The notes under the pieces were generated by a model. That model saw nothing but the letters and a program-made list of their open reading frames with translations, was not told the DNA's origin and searched no databases. Positions 1 to 9,382 of a DNA stretch of 60,801 nt are shown piece after piece (position 1 is the first letter of the stretch; every line of letters begins with the position of its first letter). Both the position numbers and the translations under genes were made by a program. The DNA is from Bacteroidota bacterium (GTDB lineage: Bacteria; Bacteroidota; Ignavibacteria; Kapaibacteriales; UBA961): contig JADZAA010000019.1 of NCBI GenBank assembly GCA_020852855.1, forward strand, positions 1 through 60,801, in the 5' to 3' direction.

Positions 1-133
1 ATGAGTTATGAGTTGTGAGTTATGAGTTATGAGTTATGAGTTATGAGTTATGAGTTATGAGTTATGAGTTATGAGTTATGAGTTATGAGTTATGAGTTAT
101 GAGTTATGAGTTATGAGTTATGAGTTATGAGTT
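1..133. repeat. Heptanucleotide tandem array (ATGAGTT)x19, truncated by the window start. Copy 3 is GTGAGTT. On the minus strand it reads (AACTCAT)n.
   Basis: Direct reading: period 7 and 19 consecutive units from base 1 to 133. The repeat-frame TGA (plus strand) or TAA (minus strand) recurs every 7 nt, so every frame has a stop once per 21 nt. The array ends 14 nt from the stop codon of the minus-strand glycosyltransferase gene at 148. Confidence 0.97.
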
Positions 134-147
134 GCCGCTATACGCTG

Positions 148-861
148 TTACAATCGTCCTATTATATCGAGGAATTTCAATTTCCATACAAGTCGGGCGG
201 CTTCATATACAATATTTCGGCTCATTTTCGAAACGCCGCTTCGTCGGTCAATAAATACTATCGGAATTTCCTTTACACGCGCTCCTGCCCTCCAAAGTCT
301 GTAATTCATTTCAATTTGAAAAGCGTAGCCGTTTGAATGAATTTTTGAGAAATCAACAAGGCGCAACGCTTCGGCGCGGAATGCTTTGAAACCGCCGGTT
401 GCGTCTTTTACGGGCATCCCTGTTATGATCCGCGTGTAAAGATTGGCCGAATACGATAAAATGAGTCGTTTAAGCGGCCAATTGACCACATTCACGCCGT
501 TGCTGTAGCGCGAGCCGATTATAACGTCTGCATTCTCCAATTCCTTGATAAATCGGGGAATATCTGCCGGATCATGCGAAAAATCCGCATCCATTTCCAT
601 TATTGCTTCATATCCGTTCGATAATGCCCAAGCGAAGCCTTCGCAATACGCGGTGCCAAGTCCCATTTTGCCCGGGCGCACAATCAAAAAAACGCGCGGG
701 TCTGTCGCTTTTATTTCCCGTGCCATATCTGCTGTGCCATCGGGAGAATTATCATCTACAATAAGAACATGAACGCCATCGAGAGCGTTCAAAACGGCCG
801 CGATAATATTCCGAATATTATCACATTCATTGTAAGTTGGAATGACGACTATGGTTTTCAA
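148..861 (-). CDS. Family 2 glycosyltransferase, polyprenol-phosphate mannose/glucose synthase-like (Dpm1/Ppm1/ArnC-like)
   Basis: The protein contains KTIVVIPTYNECDNI...LIVDDNSPDGT...MEMDADFSHDP, the typical Dpm1-like GT2 signature. The tracked ORF runs to 1038, but that part overlaps the upstream gene. A TTG at 861 gives M-KTIVVIPTYNE, 14 nt after the upstream stop, so I prefer that start. Confidence 0.85.
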   Translation of the reverse strand: MKTIVVIPTYNECDNIRNIIAAVLNALDGVHVLIVDDNSPDGTADMAREIKATDPRVFLIVRPGKMGLGTAYCEGFAWALSNGYEAIMEMDADFSHDPADIPRFIKELENADVIIGSRYSNGVNVVNWPLKRLILSYSANLYTRIITGMPVKDATGGFKAFRAEALRLVDFSKIHSNGYAFQIEMNYRLWRAGARVKEIPIVFIDRRSGVSKMSRNIVYEAARLVWKLKFLDIIGRL

Positions 862-875
862 AGTTAATGCTCGCT

Positions 876-2345
876 TTAAGTTTGACCGTGGCCGCTGATT
901 ACGCAGTAAACAGTTCGTATCAGTATCTCGAAGTCTAATTTCAACGACATATTTTCTATGTAATAAAAATCGTTGCGCAGGCGCAACTCTATTTGCTCTA
1001 CAGACTCGGAGTAAGCCTTGGAATTTATTTGCCACCAACCCGTAATGCCCGGGCGCACAATAAGCCGGCGACTGTAATAAGGCAGAATTTTAGTGAATCT
1101 ATCCACAAATTTGGGTTGTTCGGGGCGCGGCCCCACGATGCTCATATCGCCGATCAGAACATTCCAAAACTGCGGAATTTCATCGAGATGCGTTTTTCGC
1201 AAAATTCTTCCGAATCGGGTTACTCGCGGGTCGTTCACAGTTGTCCATTTTTGCCCGTCTTTTTCTGCATCTTGCACCATCGAGCGAAATTTATACATAC
1301 GGAACGGTTTGCCGTTTTTGCCGATACGCGTCTGCAAAAATAATACACCGCCCTTAGTTTCAATACCTACGATAGCGGCTATAAGCAACCAAACGGGCAG
1401 TCCGACAATAAGCGTGGCCAAACTGAAAATAATATCGAAAGTACGCTTTGCCGTTTCCTGCCAAGGGCGCAGTATTTGCGTGGTTACTTCTATAAGCGGC
1501 GCACCGTACATCGGAACCGCACGTGCAAGTCCGGTGAATATTTCGTATAAATCGGGAACAATTTTCACGCGAATTTTATTCTCTGCGCAATGCGAAGTAA
1601 TGGTCAAAAGCTGTTGATGCCCTATAGTTTCGGAAGATATTAAAACCACTTGCGGGCGAATTTCGGCAATAAGCGAGTCGGCGTTTTCGGCCGATGTAAC
1701 TTTCGCGCCTTCGATTTGCTGCATTCCGCCGCCCGTTTCCACGGCAAGTCCGCGAGCATAATAACCTCTTGCCGGATTCTCGCGCATCCAATCGAGCAGT
1801 AAGTTAATTCGTTGAGCCGAGCCAACTATTACTGTGGGCAAAGCCACAATTCCGCGCCGCCGTAAATTGCGTTGCAACAAACGCGCACCGAGTCGAAAAG
1901 CAAAAACTGCGGAAAATAAAATAATCCAAAAAATAATGATTTTCAGCCGATATTTATGAAAATTTTGGCTGTCTATCACAATAAGCATAAATAATGCGAA
2001 GCAACTCCAAAACGAAGCCCGCATAACCACAAAGAATTCGTCGAACGGCGAACGGTCTAACCAATCGCGATAAAGGCCGAACATCCAAAATACCGGTAAA
2101 AAATATACGGCAATTGCCAAAGGCAACACAACAAGATGCATAAACGACAGCTCGAAAGGAACATCGTAAGCCCCGAATAAATAGCGCAATACGGTAAATA
2201 TTGCATAGCTTGTCGCTATTGCCGCACAATCGGCCGCAAACTGAAAAAATACAGGCGATAACAGTCCGTTCGGTGTGCGGGAACGCCGCAAATCGGGCAA
2301 TGACGCTTGAAAATCCGAAATATGTTCGCTATAAACATTAGCCAT
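876..2345 (-). CDS. Polyprenyl-phosphate sugar phosphotransferase (WbaP/WcaJ-like priming exopolysaccharide transferase)
   Basis: The N-terminal half has several transmembrane segments. The C-terminal bacterial sugar-transferase domain reads KRTFDIIFSL...LFLQTRIGKNGKPFRMYKFRSM...DEIPQFWNVLIGDMSIVGPRP. Confidence 0.9.
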   Translation of the reverse strand: MANVYSEHISDFQASLPDLRRSRTPNGLLSPVFFQFAADCAAIATSYAIFTVLRYLFGAYDVPFELSFMHLVVLPLAIAVYFLPVFWMFGLYRDWLDRSPFDEFFVVMRASFWSCFALFMLIVIDSQNFHKYRLKIIIFWIILFSAVFAFRLGARLLQRNLRRRGIVALPTVIVGSAQRINLLLDWMRENPARGYYARGLAVETGGGMQQIEGAKVTSAENADSLIAEIRPQVVLISSETIGHQQLLTITSHCAENKIRVKIVPDLYEIFTGLARAVPMYGAPLIEVTTQILRPWQETAKRTFDIIFSLATLIVGLPVWLLIAAIVGIETKGGVLFLQTRIGKNGKPFRMYKFRSMVQDAEKDGQKWTTVNDPRVTRFGRILRKTHLDEIPQFWNVLIGDMSIVGPRPEQPKFVDRFTKILPYYSRRLIVRPGITGWWQINSKAYSESVEQIELRLRNDFYYIENMSLKLDFEILIRTVYCVISGHGQT

Positions 2346-2347
2346 AG

Positions 2348-3160
2348 TTACTGCCGGAAATCGGATCCGAACAATTTTTGCCGCAAAGAGTTGTAAATAT
2401 AAGAACCGATATAGAAAAACCGCTTTAAGCCGAGTTTGCGTCCGCCGACTTTATATTCCGAAAAAAGTGTGTAATTACGTTTCAGCATCAATAGTTTTGA
2501 GCGAGATATAGACAGATGAGCAACACGATAAAACATAAGCGGTGCTTCTACAATAATACTCGAAAAGCCATAGCGTTGATGTATGGTCAGCCAATTATGA
2601 AAATCTTCGATGGCTTTATATCTCATATCCTCGATAAACGGCGATTCGAGAATTATTTCGCGTGCAACAATTACCGAAGAATTACAAATGGCATTTTTAT
2701 GCAACAAGCGTTTATGAGATACGCGCGAAGTCTTGATTTTACTGCTGTCAAAATGGGTTTCCATCAATCTGTTAATTTTGCTTTTTTCGGTAAATCGAAT
2801 CATTCGCGAAGAGCAAAACGAAACGCCGGAAGAACGAATTGCCGCAAGCTGAATTTCAAGTTTTTGGCAATGCCAAAGGTCGTCGGAATCGAGAAAAGCG
2901 ATAAATTTACCGCACGATGCACGTATGCCTATATTTCGCGGAACGGCGGGCCTGCCGCTGTTCCTGTCAAGTTTTATCAAACGTATCCGACTGTCATTGC
3001 TTGCAGCGGCGGCCGTAATATCGCAAGTTGCATCGGCCGAGCAATCATCAATTACGATAATTTCAAGAGAATCAAACGTTTGCGCACAAACTGACGCAAG
3101 TGTTTCGGCAATATACGCCGCACTGTTATACGTGGGTATGATTACGGAAACGTCGGGCAT
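2348..3160 (-). CDS. Family 2 glycosyltransferase
   Basis: N-terminal VSVIIPTYNSAAYIAETLASVCAQTF..LEIIVIDDCSAD and a downstream DSDD motif. Only a 2-nt gap separates it from the downstream priming transferase. Confidence 0.88.
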   Translation of the reverse strand: MPDVSVIIPTYNSAAYIAETLASVCAQTFDSLEIIVIDDCSADATCDITAAAASNDSRIRLIKLDRNSGRPAVPRNIGIRASCGKFIAFLDSDDLWHCQKLEIQLAAIRSSGVSFCSSRMIRFTEKSKINRLMETHFDSSKIKTSRVSHKRLLHKNAICNSSVIVAREIILESPFIEDMRYKAIEDFHNWLTIHQRYGFSSIIVEAPLMFYRVAHLSISRSKLLMLKRNYTLFSEYKVGGRKLGLKRFFYIGSYIYNSLRQKLFGSDFRQ

Positions 3161-3211
3161 TGCTTCATTAAAACGTAAGAATTTGTCGGACGGAATATTG
3201 CAACCGCTTTA

Positions 3212-4960
3212 TTATTTTTTCAAGAGTCCGACAAGCGTTGAGGTAAGAAAAGCCACCGTAGTCAATATTGTTCCGATAAACGTGTAAAGTTGCAGATTAT
3301 ACCCGGGCGGAGTATATGGCGGCGGCGGTGCATATACTTCGTCGCCTGCCTCTACATAAACGGTGTCGTTATCTTCAACCCATACTTTGTTTTTACCCTT
3401 GATAATACGAGCTAAACCTTGTTCTGCTCCGGCCGCATAGCCACCTGCGCGTTCTACGTACCAATTTAACCGTTTCCCTGGTGTAAATTCTACGTATCCG
3501 GGCTGATTTACCTGACCGTACACATAAACGCGGCGTGGATTTGCCGGAATTACTATTATGTCGCCGTCCGCAAGCGTTATATTGTCTGCGGCGGAATTAT
3601 CCCGAAAAGCCTTAACGAAATCCATTGAAACTACGGGGCGTTTCAGCGCGGTGTGAATCAGCAATCGCGTAGTATCTTCGAAAGTCAAGTCGGTATATTG
3701 TATTTGTGCCCAACCTGGTTTTTCAACTTCAACGTTGGGCTTGTTTTTTTCGCGCCGGACAACGTAAGCCAAAGGTAAATAAGCGTTTTGCGTAAATCCT
3801 CCTGCTTGTTCCATCAAGTCTTTTATTCGGGTTTGATTATTTATAATCGGATAAGTTCCCGGGTTTACGGCCTCGCCCGTTATTTCTGCCAAACCCTGCA
3901 TCGTATTTTCCGTTCGCGGAATATATCCGACGGTAAGTGCCGAGCCGGCTTGAAGCATTGCGTCGGCACCGTCGAGTTCGCCGTTGTGTTGTATTGCAAC
4001 TTTTTGCTTCGAGCCGTCGGGCAATGTCAGAGTTATCTTGGAAAGGTCTGCATCGTCGCGTAGTCCATAGCCGGCGCGGAGTAACATGGAAAGTTTATCG
4101 CCGTTTTTGAATGCTAAGGAAGCCGGGCGATTTATTGCTCCGCCTATGGAAATCGAAGAGAAGGTCTCGGGCTCGAAAGGAACTATTATTTCATCGCCTT
4201 CGCGTACCGTAGGGTCAGATTCTGGCGATGCGCCATATTTTGCACGAATGATATCGGCATTTTCCGCAGTGCCGTCGCTATGCAGAACCGTAATGTTGCG
4301 CGCCGCATAGCTCGATAATCCTGCAATACTTACATTAGCAGTCGAAGCGTCGTCGGCATTTTTTGCAGAAGCCGGTTTTGAATTGGCAGCGGCCGGCGGC
4401 TGATTGGCAAGCGCAACTATGCTGGAAATTCGCGCACTGGCCGGATATGTCTTTACGCCGGGAAATGCCACATTGCCGCGAACCGAGCAATAAACTGTGC
4501 GCGCACGGCGTAACGATATGGAAACCAATGCGTTCGGATTGCGCAAAGCATAGATTTTCGCAATAGTATCTTTTGTTTGCGCCAGTGTTTTTCCGGCTAA
4601 AGAAACGCTTCCGAAGCGCGGCAAAATAATGGAATTATCGGCTGAAACAATGATTATCTGTTCTATGCCCGGAAGCGGCAGAACATGAAACGAAAGCGCG
4701 TCGCCCGGCCCGATTCGGTAATATTCCGGCGAAATTACTCCATCGGCCGGAGTTTGGTCTTTGCCTATATCGGCGGCGGAAGCCTGTGCCGCTGATTGAA
4801 GCGTTTTGTCGAATTCCGAAGCACCGGTCAAAGCCGCACCCTGACCTTGCGCATCAGAGCCCGAATATATCGCAAAAACAGCGATAAGAAGCGTAAGTAG
4901 CCGCGCTGAAAATTGAAAGATATAACGCGAGAGAAGCTGGTGCATTACGGAATAAGGCAT
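3212..4960 (-). CDS. Polysaccharide export protein (Wza-like Poly_export plus repeated SLBB-type domains)
   Basis: It has a signal peptide, a YRIGPGDALSF motif, several further GD-containing soluble-ligand-binding beta-grasp-like (SLBB) segments and a C-terminal hydrophobic helix. An alternative start at 4945 would form a TAATG overlap with the wecB stop. Confidence 0.8.
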   Translation of the reverse strand: MPYSVMHQLLSRYIFQFSARLLTLLIAVFAIYSGSDAQGQGAALTGASEFDKTLQSAAQASAADIGKDQTPADGVISPEYYRIGPGDALSFHVLPLPGIEQIIIVSADNSIILPRFGSVSLAGKTLAQTKDTIAKIYALRNPNALVSISLRRARTVYCSVRGNVAFPGVKTYPASARISSIVALANQPPAAANSKPASAKNADDASTANVSIAGLSSYAARNITVLHSDGTAENADIIRAKYGASPESDPTVREGDEIIVPFEPETFSSISIGGAINRPASLAFKNGDKLSMLLRAGYGLRDDADLSKITLTLPDGSKQKVAIQHNGELDGADAMLQAGSALTVGYIPRTENTMQGLAEITGEAVNPGTYPIINNQTRIKDLMEQAGGFTQNAYLPLAYVVRREKNKPNVEVEKPGWAQIQYTDLTFEDTTRLLIHTALKRPVVSMDFVKAFRDNSAADNITLADGDIIVIPANPRRVYVYGQVNQPGYVEFTPGKRLNWYVERAGGYAAGAEQGLARIIKGKNKVWVEDNDTVYVEAGDEVYAPPPPYTPPGYNLQLYTFIGTILTTVAFLTSTLVGLLKK

Positions 4961-6069
4961 TGATTAACAATAATTTCGACAATTCTTTCGGCGGCATTTC
5001 CGTCCCAGAGCGGCGGTATGTGCCCTGCTTTTCGTTCGCCGTTCAGCGTTGTATCTATAGCCGAACGGATATTTTCGGAAGTAGGCGGAATAAGAATATT
5101 GGTGCCGAGTTCGCAAGTTACTGGACGCTCGGTTGTATCTCGCAAAGTTAGGCAAGGAACACCGAGAGCAGTGGTTTCCTCTTGTATTCCGCCCGAATCC
5201 GTCAGTATGAAATCGGCACTGCGCATAAGCGCAAGGAATGATACGTAGCCCTGCGGCTCTATTGTAAGAAGCCCGGGGGCGGCTTCAGTAAGACTTTGCA
5301 ATCCGAAACGTTCAATGTTCTTGCGTGTTCGCGGATGCAACGGGAAAACTATTTTACGGTGTTTGGATAGGTCGGCAAGCGTTTCTAAAAGGAAACGCAA
5401 CTGTTCCGGTTCATCTACATTGCTCGGCCGGTGCAATGTAACCAGACAGTATTTTTTGCTTTCAAGCGAAAGTTCGCGTAAAATAGTCGAGGCTTTGGCT
5501 TTCGGCATAGCATAATGCATCGAATCTATCATGGTATTGCCCACAAATTTTACGCGCTCGGCCGGACTGCCCGTCGCAAGTAAATTGTCCATACCGCTTT
5601 GTTCGGTAACAAACAGCCAATCACAAATTGCATCGGTTGCTATTCGATTTATTTCTTCGGGCATGGTACGGTCGAAACTTCGCAACCCGGCTTCTATATG
5701 GGCGGTTGCAATTCCAAGTTTTACGGCAGTCAGAGAGCAGCCTATCGTAGAGTTTACATCGCCTGCCACCATCACGAAATCGGGCTTCATGTCAAGGCAT
5801 ACACGCTCGAACTCCGTCATGATTTTTGCCGTTTGCGTTGCGTGCGAACCGGAACCTACGCCAAGAAAAAACGAAGGTGCAGGCATATCGAGGTCGCTGA
5901 AAAAAGCATCGCTCATTGCCGCATCGTAATGCTGACCGGTATGAACTATATGATGCTCCACCCGGTCCGCATATTTGGCAAAAGCGCGGTGAACAGGCGC
6001 GACTTTCATAAAATTCGGCCGTGCGCCTACAACCGAAATAATTTTGAATTTACGTGTGATTTGTTGCAA
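4945..6069 (-). CDS. wecB: UDP-N-acetylglucosamine 2-epimerase (non-hydrolysing)
   Basis: KIISVVGARPNFMKVAPV...HTGQHYD...DSGGIQEETTALGVPCLTLRDTTERP is characteristic of WecB/MnaA. Confidence 0.92.
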   Translation of the reverse strand: MQQITRKFKIISVVGARPNFMKVAPVHRAFAKYADRVEHHIVHTGQHYDAAMSDAFFSDLDMPAPSFFLGVGSGSHATQTAKIMTEFERVCLDMKPDFVMVAGDVNSTIGCSLTAVKLGIATAHIEAGLRSFDRTMPEEINRIATDAICDWLFVTEQSGMDNLLATGSPAERVKFVGNTMIDSMHYAMPKAKASTILRELSLESKKYCLVTLHRPSNVDEPEQLRFLLETLADLSKHRKIVFPLHPRTRKNIERFGLQSLTEAAPGLLTIEPQGYVSFLALMRSADFILTDSGGIQEETTALGVPCLTLRDTTERPVTCELGTNILIPPTSENIRSAIDTTLNGERKAGHIPPLWDGNAAERIVEIIVNQCLIP

Positions 6070-6084
6070 AACTGAACCTGTATA

Positions 6085-7896
6085 TTATTTTCCTTTTGAT
6101 TGCGGCAAGTGATGTAACCGCCATATTTCCTGCGAACCTATTACGGTGTCGGGAATGTAATGATTGCGAATAAAATCCGCTATTTTCGGAACCGTGCGCC
6201 CGGCCTCAATGCCGTTAATTTTATATGCCCAATGATTATTGCGGAATAAAACGAATTCAGGCGGTTTTGCGGCTAATTTGCTTATGACTTCATCTTGAAA
6301 ATGCTCAGGTGCGGCAAACATGATGATATTGAATCGAATAGGGCATGGCTTGTCGAGAAAATAATACCACGCCGCTTCGTTGGTCATTGTCAGAAAGTCG
6401 TCGCTTTCATTCATGTTAGCCCGCAAATAATCTGTAGTCTGCAAGTATTCCTTTGGCAGATATTCGGCATCGGGCTTGTCCACGGGAAAATTTTCGGCTA
6501 ATTTTCCCGAAACTGTCTGCCAACCTAAAGTTGAGAAACATAAAGTAAATATCGCAATTTGCAATATTCTTTCGGCTGTTTTTGACTTGCGCATAAATTC
6601 GTCTTCAAGACGAATTGCCAAGGGAGCGACACAAGCAAATAATGCCAAAATCACGCCTATTGTACTATATTCAAGATGCGGAATATCGGCACGCCCCATT
6701 ACTGCACGATACAACACAATCGCTGTTGCAATAGTTAAAAATTGCGGAAAATAAGCTGTTAAATACGCTGTTATCTTTTGTTTGCCGCGTCCGGGAGTAC
6801 GGCCGAAAAGCCATGCCGCATACAGAAGCATTATCGCAAGAACTGCCAAGTACAGCAAAAAACGCATTTGCATAACGGGATATATCAAGCCGTCCAATAA
6901 GTCTTTGTATTTCAGCATATCCAAGAAAAACCGAGTATACGATGCCATGTCCCAACGCAGAAAATACGCCAAAACAAATAGGCCGAGTACCGTACCGCCT
7001 GCCGCTTGCCCCAATACTTCTTTGCGATGCCCGTGCGCTAAAAACAGCAAAGCACCGAAACCGAGTATAGCAATAAAAACAGAAAAAATACCGCGTTCCA
7101 AAGAATAAATCAATCCGAAAACGGGAGCAAAGCCTGCTAAAAATGCCGCTGCCGCCGCCGATTTGTGCCCCGACAATCTCTGAAATGTCAGAAGCAAAGC
7201 AGATAATGTCATAAGCGTTGGCAATTCCCTTTGCATCAACGTCATACCTCCTTTGTACGACAAAAATGCAGCGGCGGAAATCGCAATAAACGCAACAGAA
7301 ATTCGCCCTTGGCAAATTTGCAGAATAACAATTCCCAGCATTGCCCACACAAGCATTTTCAGAATGGATTCAAGCGTTCTGACCGCACCTATCGAGCGTC
7401 CGAACATAGTGAATGCGGCGGCAGAGCGCAACGGATCCTGAATCAAACCGTGCAAAGCAATAAAATCGCGAAACGGCGTTTGGCCGTGAACATATGAAAC
7501 GGCCGCACCCATAGATTCGCCTTCGTGAAAAGAATCGTACTCCGTTCCTTCGGCGAGGAAAGTAGGCAAAAACAAAGAGAAGCACATTCCGGCGAGAATA
7601 ACAGCCGCAAAATTAACGAACGAATGATTTTTAGGCGTTGTGCTTGGCGGATCCGATAGAATCAAATTTCTGAATTTTCCGCTTGCAATATATGCCGCGG
7701 CGAACAGAAGCGCGGGAGCAAGAATAACCAGCATTGCCCGCACAGTATTATTTGCCGGATTATACCGCGCCATGGACAATGCGCTCGTAATATTATACGG
7801 ATTGTCGAAAGGCAGGATAATATAATTCCATAACGCCAAACTTGCGCCGGTGCCGCCGCAAAGAAAAAGCGCGAATATGACAAGCCGTTTAATCAT
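6085..7896 (-). CDS. Large polytopic membrane protein of unknown function (candidate polymerase or GT-C-like glycosyltransferase)
   Basis: 603 aa with roughly a dozen hydrophobic segments followed by a soluble C-terminal region of about 150 aa. It sits inside the polysaccharide operon with gaps of 15-29 nt. I recognise no family motif. Confidence 0.7.
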   Translation of the reverse strand: MIKRLVIFALFLCGGTGASLALWNYIILPFDNPYNITSALSMARYNPANNTVRAMLVILAPALLFAAAYIASGKFRNLILSDPPSTTPKNHSFVNFAAVILAGMCFSLFLPTFLAEGTEYDSFHEGESMGAAVSYVHGQTPFRDFIALHGLIQDPLRSAAAFTMFGRSIGAVRTLESILKMLVWAMLGIVILQICQGRISVAFIAISAAAFLSYKGGMTLMQRELPTLMTLSALLLTFQRLSGHKSAAAAAFLAGFAPVFGLIYSLERGIFSVFIAILGFGALLFLAHGHRKEVLGQAAGGTVLGLFVLAYFLRWDMASYTRFFLDMLKYKDLLDGLIYPVMQMRFLLYLAVLAIMLLYAAWLFGRTPGRGKQKITAYLTAYFPQFLTIATAIVLYRAVMGRADIPHLEYSTIGVILALFACVAPLAIRLEDEFMRKSKTAERILQIAIFTLCFSTLGWQTVSGKLAENFPVDKPDAEYLPKEYLQTTDYLRANMNESDDFLTMTNEAAWYYFLDKPCPIRFNIIMFAAPEHFQDEVISKLAAKPPEFVLFRNNHWAYKINGIEAGRTVPKIADFIRNHYIPDTVIGSQEIWRLHHLPQSKGK

Positions 7897-7925
7897 GCCA
7901 CGGAATATAATTTTCCGAAAAACTC

Positions 7926-9278
7926 TTATTTCCCGTCGCCGAGCAATACTATATTACTCCTGTCGGCGATATGCCTGCAGGCGTTACGAGTGTCTATTAC
8001 AACACCGCTGTTGGCGGTTATCATATCGTAATCGAAAGTCGAATGGTCGGTAGTAATAACTACAATGTCGTGAGATCTAAGGACTTCCGGCGAAATTTCC
8101 TGCAACGAATATTCCGTTCTGTCGCCTATGCGCGTAACAGGAATATAAGGGTCGTAATAGCTTATGTTGGTTATACCGTCGGCGATTAGCAATTCGGCAA
8201 CCTTGAGCGCGGGCGAATGGCGCAAATCGTCTACATCGCGCTTGAAAGCCATGCCAAGCAATAGTACTTTCGCTTTTTTGAGTGCAATCGGGCGTTCGGC
8301 TATGGCATGAACTATCATCGAGCGCACATAGAATGGCATTGATTCGTTGACTTCTGCCGCGAGAGTGATGAAATTCGTAACAAAGTCATGCTCACGCGCC
8401 ATCCACGAAAGATAATAGGGGTCAATCAAAATGCAATGTCCGCCAATGCCCGGCCCCGGATAAAACGGCATAAAACCGAACGGTTTTGTGGCCGCTGCAT
8501 CTACCACTTCCCAAATATTGACACCGATACGGTCGCATAGCTGGGCAAGCTCATTGACGAGTGCTATATTCACGCTGCGGAATATATTCTCGAGTAATTT
8601 TTCCATTTCGGCTACGGAAGGCGAACTTGCAGGAATAACGCGCTCGATTATAATTCGATTAACTTCACAAGCAAGCTCCGTGCAAGATTTGGTTATGCCG
8701 CCAACAACAATGGGTGTATTGCCTGTATGCCAAGTCTTATTGCCGGGGTCAATGCGCTCGGGCGAAAATGCCAGAAAATAATCGCTTCCGGCCTTCATTC
8801 CGCCTTGCTCTAAAATCGGTTGCACGTGTCTTTCGGTAGTGCCGGGAAACGTAGTGCTTTTCAAAATAATAATCTGACCGCGCTTTAAGAATTTGGCTGC
8901 TTCTTTTGCCGAGTCGACAATGTGCGAAATGTCGGGGTCTTTATTAACCGTAAACGGCGTTGGAACGCAAATAAAAATTACATCACATTCGCCGCAACGG
9001 GAAAAATCGGCTGTTGGGCTGAACGCGCCGCTTTCCACTACTTCGCGAGCGTGAGCATCGCTTACGTCCTGAATATAGTTCGCACCTCTCCGCAACGATT
9101 CGATTTTGCGCTCGTCTATGTCTATACCGATGACTTGCAATCCTTTACGGGCAAATTCAACCGCCAATGGCAATCCGACGTAGCCTAGACCTATAACGCC
9201 GACAGTTATATTGCGTTGCTGAATGCGGCGCAGTATTTCGCCGGTAAATTCCGTATGCGCGTTCGCCGATGAATCCAT
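7926..9278 (-). CDS. Nucleotide-sugar dehydrogenase (UDP-N-acetyl-mannosamine/glucosamine dehydrogenase family)
   Basis: An N-terminal Rossmann motif VGVIGLGYVGLPLA, the catalytic GGHCI motif and the SPERIDPG segment are typical of the UDP-glucose/GDP-mannose dehydrogenase family. Confidence 0.9.
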   Translation of the reverse strand: MDSSANAHTEFTGEILRRIQQRNITVGVIGLGYVGLPLAVEFARKGLQVIGIDIDERKIESLRRGANYIQDVSDAHAREVVESGAFSPTADFSRCGECDVIFICVPTPFTVNKDPDISHIVDSAKEAAKFLKRGQIIILKSTTFPGTTERHVQPILEQGGMKAGSDYFLAFSPERIDPGNKTWHTGNTPIVVGGITKSCTELACEVNRIIIERVIPASSPSVAEMEKLLENIFRSVNIALVNELAQLCDRIGVNIWEVVDAAATKPFGFMPFYPGPGIGGHCILIDPYYLSWMAREHDFVTNFITLAAEVNESMPFYVRSMIVHAIAERPIALKKAKVLLLGMAFKRDVDDLRHSPALKVAELLIADGITNISYYDPYIPVTRIGDRTEYSLQEISPEVLRSHDIVVITTDHSTFDYDMITANSGVVIDTRNACRHIADRSNIVLLGDGK

Positions 9279-9281
9279 ATT

Positions 9282-9323
9282 GAAAGTTATGAGTTATGAG
9301 TTATGATCTATGAGTTGTGAGTT
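9282..9323. repeat. Short heptanucleotide array of the same family as 1-133. Minus strand: AACTCAC AACTCAT AGATCAT AACTCAT AACTCAT AACTTTC.
   Basis: Direct reading. On the plus strand there are five heptamer units at 9289-9323 (three exact ATGAGTT, one ATGATCT and one GTGAGTT) plus a degenerate unit GAAAGTT at 9282-9288. The array ends 3 nt upstream of the ATG at 9278 of the dehydrogenase gene. Confidence 0.9.
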
Positions 9324-9382
9324 TCGTGGAAAAACAATCGCTAACCATTAACCATCGACTATTGAAAACCACCCACCGTCTG

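Noticed and set aside
1-133. The heptamer arrays as a CRISPR array
   Set aside because: The units are 7 nt and directly abutting, with no spacers. No cas genes are present in the window.
127-336. A 69-aa plus-strand ORF starting in the last heptamer unit
   Set aside because: It lies antisense to the well-supported Dpm1-like GT2 gene, its ATG is just a repeat unit, and it has no recognisable motif.
862-1038. The N-terminal extension of the GT2 ORF (tracked as 148-1038)
   Set aside because: The extension overlaps the 3' end of the priming transferase gene by more than 160 nt and has no GT2-like sequence. A TTG at 861 yields the canonical MKTIVVIPTYNE start.
6671-7348. A 225-aa minus-strand alternative-frame ORF within the 603-aa membrane protein gene
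   Set aside because: It is an out-of-frame overlap on the same strand. The 603-aa frame gives a coherent transmembrane-segment pattern across the whole gene, whereas this frame is Cys/Arg/Phe-rich noise.
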